Positions 1 to 6,829 of a stretch of DNA of 10,266 nucleotides are shown piece by piece. The notes beneath the pieces were generated by a model that made no database searches, was not told the DNA's origin, and saw nothing but the letters and a program-made list of their open reading frames with translations. Made by a program: the position numbers and the translations under genes. Each line of letters begins with the position of its first letter. The first letter of the stretch is position 1. The stretch lies in the NCBI GenBank assembly GCA_038248345.1, contig JBBRXO010000094.1, positions 1-10,266 on the forward strand, read 5' to 3'. The DNA comes from Armatimonadota bacterium. Lineage in GTDB: Bacteria > Armatimonadota > Hebobacteria > CAIYQO01.

Positions 1-2
1 AG

Positions 3-2654
3 GTGATCGTCGATCGCACCAAACTCGCCGCCTATGGATTGAGCATAACTGCGGTGCGCGATGCCATCGACAATGCAAACGTCGCCAAACCTGGCGGTAT
101 ATTAACTTCCGGTGCCAACGAAGCAATCATCCGCATGAATAATAAGGTCGAGAAACCGGAGGATCTGCTCAAGCTCCCGGTACTTGTCACTGCTGCCCAG
201 GATAACTCTCCACCCCTCACCGTATATCTGCGCGACGTGGCCCGTGTGGAGGATACGCACTGGGAACGACGCAGTGCCTATCATTATCTGCACGACGGGG
301 TGACTAGCAATGCCATTGAGGTGGCGGTGCTGCAGGATCCAGACGCCTCCTCGCCCATCGTGATTGAAGCGGTGAAGAAGAAACTGGCGCTGCTGGAGAA
401 ACAATATCCGGGCATCCATTTTGAGGTCGCCTACGACAATGCCCGCTTTGTGGGCATCCTATTCCGCAATATGTACGAGGAGCTGGGGCTGGCTATCCTG
501 CTCACCGGCATCGCCATACTATTTTTCCTTGGCGAATGGCGTGGTACCATTATCAGCCTCACCACTATACCGATATCGCTGGCCATGGCGGTACTATTAC
601 TCATTCCACTGGGTTTGACACTCAACTCCAGCACCCTCATCGGCCTTTTGCTGGTTATTGGTCGGCTGGTAGATGACTCTATCATCGACATACACGCCGT
701 AGAGCGCCATCTGCGCATGGGCAAAACTTCGCGGCAGGCGACTATCGACGGCATCACCGAGGTGCGGCTGGCGGTAATCGCCGCCACGCTGGTACTCTGC
801 CTGGCGCTGATCCCACTGCTTTTCTGTGGCGGTATCGTGCAGCAGATGTTCGTCGGGCTGGTGTGGCCGATTATCCTAGGTTTGCTCTCCTCAATGTTAG
901 TATCCTTCACTCTCACCAGTATCATGGCTGCGGCATTGCTGAAGCCGCACGAGGAACTGGCGCAGGAGCGCAGCGGCTGGTTCTATCGGCGCTTGCTGCT
1001 GCCGGTGCAGCGCTGGCTGGATGCATTGGAACGGGGCTATGAGCGACTCATCCGCTGGATGCTGCTTCACCGCTTCGTCAATATGGCGCGCGTGCTGGCG
1101 ACGATCATCATTGGCTTCGGTTTCTACTACTTCATCGGCTCGGAGATGATGCCGCTCGCCGATGTCGGGCAGGCGTATGGTGCGTTAGAGATGCAGCCGG
1201 GCACCTCCTTTGCGGCCACAGAAGATGCAGTGACAAAAATTGAGCAGTTGATGCTGCAACACCCGGAGATTGACAAGGTATCTGCAGAAATTGGCGCGGA
1301 AACGAACTTCGAGTCCACCGGTGCCTACTACACCGGCTATGCCATGCCTTCAGTAAATGCCGCCTCCTTCATGATTACCCTCACCGACAAAAATGATCGG
1401 AAGAAGACAATCTGGCAGGTTATTGATGACGTTCAACAAAAGGCAATTGCCTCGATTCCGGGCATTCGCCGACTGCAGATTAAGGAGATGGGCTCAGATG
1501 TGATGGCCTCCTCCTCGGCTCCGATACAGCTGCTGGTGTATGGAAAAGACCCGCAGACCCTCGCCGACATGGGCAATCAAGTTGCCGATATCGCGCGCAA
1601 AACACCGGGGATGTACCAGGTGGCCAGTAGCTGGGATATGAGCCAGCCCGACTACGAGGTGAAAGTTGATCCGGTACGCGCCGCACAGGTAGGCATGAGT
1701 GTCGCGGAGGTTTCTGACCAGGCATATTATGCCCTAAAAGGTGGGCTGACCAGCGAATTCTGGCGTCTTCCGAACATCCGGCAGAATACTATCCTGGTGC
1801 GCTATGCCGCTGACCAGCGCCTGGGGGCGAGTGACCTCGCCCATACCATTATTACCACGCCCGACGGCAAGCAATTACCGCTGAACTCACTGGCGGAGAT
1901 CACCTACCGGCAAGCCCCATCTCTTATCGAGCATGACGGGCTGCGCCGTGCGGTGAATATTATGGGCTACTATCGCCCCGGCAGCCGACCCTCCATGGAC
2001 CTCAGCATGGACGTGCAGAACCAGGCTATGCAGCAGGTTAATTTCCCCCCCGGCTATGGCATCGAAGTTCGCGGCGATATGACGCAGATGATGGACAGCT
2101 TCAAACGTCTGCTCATCGGCCTCGCACTGGCTATTCTCTTTATCTACCTGGTACTGGTCGCACAGTTCCGTGGCTTCCTGCAACCGTTGCAGATGATCTT
2201 CTCACTCCCGTTGGAGCTGTCCGGCGTCTTCCTCTTCCTGTTTTTGATGCATCAGGCGTTCAGCACGGTGTCGATTCTGGGGGTGATCGTCCTCACGGGT
2301 ATGGATATCACCACCGCCATTTTGCTCATTGACCTGATCATGAAATACCGCGAGTCCGGCGTGCCGCGTGATGAAGCGGTGGCTACCGCCTGCCCGCAGC
2401 GGCTTCGGCCCATCCTGATGACTACCATGATCACCATCATCGCCATGTCGCCGGTGGCCTTCTTCCCGCGCACCGGCATGGACGCCTACAGTCCGCTAGC
2501 CACGGCGGTAATCGGCGGGCTGGTCATCGGCACGGTGCTCTCGCTGCTTGACATTCCCATCCTGCACACTTATGCTGATGACTTCATCAAGACTATCAGC
2601 AAAATCACCGGGCACAAAGCATCAGAGCCGGTAAACGAGGAAGCAAACGAATGA
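3..2654 (+). CDS. Efflux RND transporter permease subunit (AcrB/AcrD/AcrF family), 5'-partial
   Basis: 883-aa ORF beginning at the window edge. Typical RND permeases are about 1000-1050 aa, so the N-terminus is probably outside the window. It has two transmembrane clusters separated by a large periplasmic region. Family motifs: 'VDRTKLAAYGLSITAVRDAI', 'VYLRDVARVED', TM4 'LVDDSII', 'LVSFTLT', 'PGTSFAATE', 'IYLVLVAQFRGFLQPLQMIFSLPL', TM11 'RLRPILMTT', 'PLATAVIGGL'. Confidence 0.95.
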   Translation: MIVDRTKLAAYGLSITAVRDAIDNANVAKPGGILTSGANEAIIRMNNKVEKPEDLLKLPVLVTAAQDNSPPLTVYLRDVARVEDTHWERRSAYHYLHDGVTSNAIEVAVLQDPDASSPIVIEAVKKKLALLEKQYPGIHFEVAYDNARFVGILFRNMYEELGLAILLTGIAILFFLGEWRGTIISLTTIPISLAMAVLLLIPLGLTLNSSTLIGLLLVIGRLVDDSIIDIHAVERHLRMGKTSRQATIDGITEVRLAVIAATLVLCLALIPLLFCGGIVQQMFVGLVWPIILGLLSSMLVSFTLTSIMAAALLKPHEELAQERSGWFYRRLLLPVQRWLDALERGYERLIRWMLLHRFVNMARVLATIIIGFGFYYFIGSEMMPLADVGQAYGALEMQPGTSFAATEDAVTKIEQLMLQHPEIDKVSAEIGAETNFESTGAYYTGYAMPSVNAASFMITLTDKNDRKKTIWQVIDDVQQKAIASIPGIRRLQIKEMGSDVMASSSAPIQLLVYGKDPQTLADMGNQVADIARKTPGMYQVASSWDMSQPDYEVKVDPVRAAQVGMSVAEVSDQAYYALKGGLTSEFWRLPNIRQNTILVRYAADQRLGASDLAHTIITTPDGKQLPLNSLAEITYRQAPSLIEHDGLRRAVNIMGYYRPGSRPSMDLSMDVQNQAMQQVNFPPGYGIEVRGDMTQMMDSFKRLLIGLALAILFIYLVLVAQFRGFLQPLQMIFSLPLELSGVFLFLFLMHQAFSTVSILGVIVLTGMDITTAILLIDLIMKYRESGVPRDEAVATACPQRLRPILMTTMITIIAMSPVAFFPRTGMDAYSPLATAVIGGLVIGTVLSLLDIPILHTYADDFIKTISKITGHKASEPVNEEANE

Positions 2655-3151
2655 AACAACGCCTGGGCAAGGCCACATTGATCGGCATTATTGGTCTGCT
2701 GATCATGAGTGGATATGTATTCTACCAAACTCAAATGGCACCAAAAAAGCCGCCCATTATCGAACGGAACGTGGAAAGCTCATCCGCGCGGGGAATATCA
2801 CCAGTGCCGGAATTTCTCATCCACCATGCAACTGAATTGACGTTGACGGATGAGCAGAAGGCGAAGATTGACGCTATCGCGCAGGAATACCGCACAAAAC
2901 TGGAACCGCTGAAGAAACCGCTGGAAGACGCCAGTAACGAACTGGCTAAGAAGGTAGAGCCGGGAAAGAGCGGCGATCGTACTGATATCAACAAACTGCA
3001 AACGCAGAATGGAGAATATCAGCGTCTGTCCGCCGAAGTCTCCAACCTGCGCCATGAGTACTGGCATCAGGCACGGGAAACGCTGACAGTAGCACAACAA
3101 ACACAAGTTGATGTGTTACTGAAGAAAGTAACCGCCAAAGACCTGCAATGA
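2651..3151 (+). CDS. Membrane-anchored or periplasmic Spy/CpxP-like (LTxxQ motif) helical protein
   Basis: ATGA overlap with the RND stop (2651-2654) and a GAGGA upstream at 2637-2641. A basic then hydrophobic N-terminal segment (TLIGIIGLLIMSGYVFY) is followed by two LTxxQ motifs (LTLTDEQ and LTVAQ) flanking a long amphipathic helical region, as in Spy/CpxP/ZraP-type proteins. Confidence 0.7.
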   Translation: MKQRLGKATLIGIIGLLIMSGYVFYQTQMAPKKPPIIERNVESSSARGISPVPEFLIHHATELTLTDEQKAKIDAIAQEYRTKLEPLKKPLEDASNELAKKVEPGKSGDRTDINKLQTQNGEYQRLSAEVSNLRHEYWHQARETLTVAQQTQVDVLLKKVTAKDLQ

Positions 3152-3198
3152 CTCCCACATCCTCATTATGGGTTTATCGTAGTATAAGCACAACACAA

Positions 3199-3227
3199 CT
3201 GCACCAAAACCCCATTTCTGCTACAAT
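3199..3227 (+). promoter_or_regulatory. Predicted sigma70-type promoter of metG (extended -10)
   Basis: CTGCAC (3199-3204), a 17-bp spacer, then TACAAT (3222-3227), with TG at 3219-3220 giving a TGn extended -10. It lies about 58 nt upstream of the metG start. Confidence 0.55.
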
Positions 3228-3270
3228 ATAGGAACCGTACAGTCTTACTGGCGGGGCGGTTTTTGATAAC

Positions 3271-3276
3271 AAGGAG
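3271..3276 (+). promoter_or_regulatory. Shine-Dalgarno site for metG
   Basis: AAGGAG 8 nt before the GTG at 3285. Confidence 0.8.
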
Positions 3277-3284
3277 TTTTACTG

Positions 3285-5234
3285 GTGGGAAAATACTACA
3301 TCACGACACCCATTTACTATGTGAATGACATTCCACATATCGGCACAGCGTACCCCACGGTGGCCGCTGACGTTTCGGCGCGCTTTCACCGCATGATGGG
3401 CGATGCGGTGTTTTTCCTTACCGGCACCGATGAAAACGCTACCAAAGTGGCACGCGTGGCGGCGGAGCGCGGTATTGACACCCAGACTTTCGTCGATAGC
3501 ATGGCAGGAGCATTTGTCGATACATGGAAGCAGATGAATATCTCCCATGATGACTTTATCCGCACCAGCGAGCGGCGACACCACGAAGCAACGCAGGCGC
3601 TTTTTCTGCAACTCTACGAAAATGGCGATGTCTATTATGCCGAGTATGAAGGCTGGTACTGCGTCCCCTGCGAGACGCACTTCCTGGAGGCACAGCTGGT
3701 GGATGGCAAGTGCCCCGATTGCGGGCGTGCGGTGGAGTGGATGAAAGAGCCGGGCTACTTCTTCCGCTTGAGCAAATATCAGCAGCCGTTGCTGGATTAC
3801 ATCGAGGCAAACCCCGAGTTCCTGCAGCCAGAATTCCGCAAAAATGAAGCTTTGTCCTTCATCAACGGTGGGCTGCGCGACGTGAATATTACCCGCAAAG
3901 CTGAGTGGGGAATCCCGGTGCCAGCACACCTGCCAGAGGCGGCGGGACTAGTAGTCTACGTCTGGTTCGATGCTCCTATTAACTACATCACCGCCGCGGG
4001 TTATCCGACTGATGTGGAGAAATTCGCCACCTGGTGGCCCGCGCAGGCACATTTGGTCGGCAAGGATATCTTCACCCGCTTCCATTCCACGCTCTGGCCC
4101 GCCATGCTCATGGCGGCAGGTTTGCCGTTGCCGGAGACGGTGGTTGCGCACGGTTTCTGGACTATTGGTGGCGAGAAGATCAGCAAATCCAAGCACAGCG
4201 GCAAAGGTTTCCGCATCAATCCGCTGGATCTGGCGCAGGAGCTGGTGGAGGCTAGCGGCGCCGAGAGTGAGGTGGCCGTCGACGCCATCCGCTACTTCCT
4301 GCTGCGCGAGATGCCCTTCGGCGCTGACGGCGACTTCTCGCTGGAGGCAGTGTACCGACGTTACAACAGCGACCTGGCCAACGACCTGGGCAACCTGGTG
4401 AACCGCACCGTGACGATGATCGGCCGCTACTGCGACGGCGTCATCCCCGCGTCAGCTGCCCCGGCATTGCCGGAGGTAGAGCGTGCGATACATAGCGTGC
4501 AGGAAAACCTGAACGGCAAAGTAGTGAATTACATGGAAGCGCTGAAATCCTGCTGGGAACTGCTGAGCTTCCTCAATCAATATATTGAACTGCAGGCGCC
4601 GTGGAAACTGCACAAAGCGGGTGATACCGCAGCGGTGAATGACGTCATGTACACGCTGGCCGAGGGCATCCGCCACAGCGCCGTGCTGCTGCACCCCTTC
4701 ATGCCCACGGTGACGGAGAAGATCGCCGGGCAAATCGGCTGGGCCAACCCAGTGTGGAGCAATACCAGCCTGACCTGGGGATTATTGCCCGCCGGGAGCA
4801 CCACCGGTGCGCCCACGCCGATCTTCCCGCGCATCGTGGAGAAGAAAGAGGCGGCACCCGCGCCAGAACCGGCGAAAGTTGCCGAACCCGCTGTCCCGCC
4901 GATGGAGTTGATCACCATCGACGACTTCGCCAAGGTGCAATTGAAGGTGGGCACAGTGCTATCCGCCGAGAAACTGCCCAAGGCAGACAAACTGCTGAAA
5001 CTGCAGGTAGACCTGGGCGAGGAGACGCCGCGCCAGATCATCGCCGGTATCGCGGCCGCCTACCCGCCGGAGACGCTCATCGGACGTCAGGTTATCGTGG
5101 TAGCCAACCTGCAACCCGCCAAACTTCGCGGTGAACTAAGCCAGGGCATGCTCCTCGCCGCCGACCTGGGCGACAAGGGTATGGCGTTGCTGAAACCTGA
5201 CGCGGAGACGGCGAACGGGGCGAAAGTACGGTAA
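3285..5234 (+). CDS. metG: Methionine--tRNA ligase with C-terminal tRNA-binding (Trbp111-like OB-fold) domain
   Basis: 'YYITTPIYYVN..PHIGT' (HIGH variant), 'FLTGTDE', Zn knuckle 'YCVPC...KCPDC', 'YVWFDAPINY', 'HLVGKDI..RFH', 'KISKS' (KMSKS variant), 'AIRYFLLRE', 'NSDLANDLGNLVNRT'. A Pro/Ala/Glu linker precedes the 'ITIDDFAKVQLKVG...VANLQPAKLRGELSQGM' appended domain. GTG start with SD. Confidence 0.98.
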   Translation: MGKYYITTPIYYVNDIPHIGTAYPTVAADVSARFHRMMGDAVFFLTGTDENATKVARVAAERGIDTQTFVDSMAGAFVDTWKQMNISHDDFIRTSERRHHEATQALFLQLYENGDVYYAEYEGWYCVPCETHFLEAQLVDGKCPDCGRAVEWMKEPGYFFRLSKYQQPLLDYIEANPEFLQPEFRKNEALSFINGGLRDVNITRKAEWGIPVPAHLPEAAGLVVYVWFDAPINYITAAGYPTDVEKFATWWPAQAHLVGKDIFTRFHSTLWPAMLMAAGLPLPETVVAHGFWTIGGEKISKSKHSGKGFRINPLDLAQELVEASGAESEVAVDAIRYFLLREMPFGADGDFSLEAVYRRYNSDLANDLGNLVNRTVTMIGRYCDGVIPASAAPALPEVERAIHSVQENLNGKVVNYMEALKSCWELLSFLNQYIELQAPWKLHKAGDTAAVNDVMYTLAEGIRHSAVLLHPFMPTVTEKIAGQIGWANPVWSNTSLTWGLLPAGSTTGAPTPIFPRIVEKKEAAPAPEPAKVAEPAVPPMELITIDDFAKVQLKVGTVLSAEKLPKADKLLKLQVDLGEETPRQIIAGIAAAYPPETLIGRQVIVVANLQPAKLRGELSQGMLLAADLGDKGMALLKPDAETANGAKVR

Positions 5235-5236
5235 CC

Positions 5237-5259
5237 GTAGCATGGGCGTCCCGCCCATG
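5237..5259 (+). repeat. GTAG-type REP-like palindrome (also a possible metG 3' stem-loop)
   Basis: GTAG followed by a perfect 8-bp stem CATGGGCG-TCC-CGCCCATG, 2 nt after the metG stop, with no U-tract. A GTAG tetranucleotide directly ahead of a GC-rich palindrome is the architecture of RAYT-associated REPs. Only one copy is in the window. Confidence 0.6.
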
Positions 5260-5299
5260 AGAACGGGCAAATAGAGTAAGTTATTATCGAACCAAATAA

Positions 5300-5350
5300 T
5301 AGCGCGCTTTAGCGTGCTTGCCGTTGTTAGCCACCTCCTTCAGGGGGTGG
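5300..5350. repeat. Double-hairpin REP/IS200-IS605-end-like element
   Basis: Hairpin 1 is AGCGCGC-TTTA-GCGTGCT (5301-5318). Hairpin 2 is CCACCTCC-TTCA-GGGGGTGG (5331-5350). Both have a TAG at the 5' side and a CTTYAG apex, resembling hairpins recognised by HUH Y1 transposases. Confidence 0.45.
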
Positions 5351-5375
5351 GTATAGGTATAGAAGGACACAACTA

Positions 5376-6002
5376 ATGTCAAAAGAAGCACAAATCCTGA
5401 TTGAAATCTGCCACCTGCTGGCGGAGCGCAGTTTCACCTCGGCCACCGGGGGGAATGTCAGCGTGCGACTGGATGATGGCAGCTTTCTGGTGACGCCCTC
5501 GCGCTTGCACAAGGCGCGCGTACAACTGGATGACCTGGTGCGTGTAGATGCGGAAGGTAACAAACTTTCGGGCACGCGTAACGCCTCCAGCGAGACACTG
5601 ATGCATCTGGCGATGTACCAGTCATTGCCGATGGCGGGGGCGATTGTACACGCCCATCCACCGGTGAGCACCGGCTTCGCGCAGGCGAAGGCGCCGATCG
5701 ACACCCGTTGCTCCTCCGAGGCCTACGCTATCTTCGGCCCGGAGATACCGCTCATCCATTATGATCGCCCCTCCACCCACCAACTGGCGGACATCGTGGG
5801 GATGTCCATGCTACCCGATATTAAAGCCTATCTGATGGCCAACCACGGCGTGCTCACCTGGGGCACCGACCTTTGGGATGCCTATGACATGCTCGACACG
5901 CTGGAGATCTTCGCCCAAAGCCTGCTCGTCGCCACCCAGCTCGGTGGAGCGATACCGTTACCGCAGGAAGAGCTGGATTGGCTGGCACAGAAGTTCCGCT
6001 AA
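5376..6002 (+). CDS. Class II aldolase/adducin family protein (FucA/MtnB/AraD superfamily)
   Basis: 'GGNVSVR', 'LVTPS', 'SSE..MH', metal-binding 'VHAHPP' and 'LMANHGVLTWG' motifs. SD-like AGAAGGA at 5361-5367. The substrate cannot be assigned from sequence alone. Confidence 0.92.
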   Translation: MSKEAQILIEICHLLAERSFTSATGGNVSVRLDDGSFLVTPSRLHKARVQLDDLVRVDAEGNKLSGTRNASSETLMHLAMYQSLPMAGAIVHAHPPVSTGFAQAKAPIDTRCSSEAYAIFGPEIPLIHYDRPSTHQLADIVGMSMLPDIKAYLMANHGVLTWGTDLWDAYDMLDTLEIFAQSLLVATQLGGAIPLPQEELDWLAQKFR

Positions 6003-6730
6003 TTAGTTTTAGCTGGTTCCGTTGTCACCTTCTCCACCACCTTAGTTGTCTTTATGCTTCCGATATACACCCAACGAGGTTGAGGAACCTTAACTGGTTT
6101 AGTGTCGGTAGCGGCAGGCGCAGGAGCGGCATCAGTCGGTTTGGGTTCGATTGGCTTGACGAACCAGGTAAAGGTAGTGGGTTTCCTCTTCGCGCCCTCT
6201 TTAACCGTGGTGTACGTGCCATTGCCGATCATCATTACCTTACCAATACCGACCGCAGTAACAGTTATTGCTTTGCCAACCACAAACAGGCGATATGCCG
6301 GAGTAACCGGAAGCGCTAATACCTCCACTGGCTTGGCAGCGGGATCAACCACGGCAGGCGCGGGTACTACGGCTGCTACAGCGACCTCACCCTTGAAGCC
6401 CGAGTAATTGAAGCCGTCAGTCGTCTCGTACTTACCTGCTTCTTTCTTAACTGTTTTCTCATCAGCTGCGGTAAACTTCAAAGCGGTATTCGCATCCGCC
6501 CAGATATACCCATCAACGGAAATCTTCGCCGAACCCTCGGTAAGACGCAGATTTACCGAGCCATCCCCAGCAGCTTTTAAGGTGCCGATTGTTTTGACAG
6601 TTGTAGCCACTTCCGGCGTAAGTGTGGCGGGCTTTTGCTCAGTGTTTGTAGTTGTCGGTGCCTGGGCAAAAACTGCCCCTACAGCCAACATCACACCAAC
6701 CAACAACGGTAGTAATAGACGAATTTTCAT
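5999..6730 (-). CDS. Secreted hypothetical protein, Gly/Thr/Val-rich beta-type core with Pro/Ala/Thr-rich linkers
   Basis: GGAGG SD (plus-strand cctcc 6738-6742) 7 nt before the ATG. Sec-type signal peptide MKIRLLLPLLVGVMLAVGAVFA|QAP. The minus-strand frame is much more protein-like than the overlapping plus-strand ORFs. Confidence 0.85.
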   Translation of the reverse strand: MKIRLLLPLLVGVMLAVGAVFAQAPTTTNTEQKPATLTPEVATTVKTIGTLKAAGDGSVNLRLTEGSAKISVDGYIWADANTALKFTAADEKTVKKEAGKYETTDGFNYSGFKGEVAVAAVVPAPAVVDPAAKPVEVLALPVTPAYRLFVVGKAITVTAVGIGKVMMIGNGTYTTVKEGAKRKPTTFTWFVKPIEPKPTDAAPAPAATDTKPVKVPQPRWVYIGSIKTTKVVEKVTTEPAKTN

Positions 6731-6829
6731 ACCTGATCCTCCGAAATCAACCCGGTATTCAACAGATGATTATACTTATACGTCGCCCACCCGATTTTAC
6801 TGCGCGAAGTGGGTACATACTGAACCTGT

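Noticed and set aside
3154..3216. Intrinsic terminator after the Spy/CpxP-like gene
   Set aside because: There is only a 4-bp CCCA/TGGG stem and an imperfect ATGGGTTT/AAACCCCAT repeat, which is too weak to call.
3152..3284. T-box or SAM riboswitch upstream of metG
   Set aside because: The spacer is only 133 nt and includes the promoter. There is no T-box GGTGGnACC motif and no SAM-I/II/III consensus beyond a chance AACCGTA.
3279..3929. 216-aa minus-strand ORF, plus other short ORFs inside metG and the RND gene
   Set aside because: These are antisense or alternate-frame shadows of conserved GC-rich genes, with no recognisable motifs.
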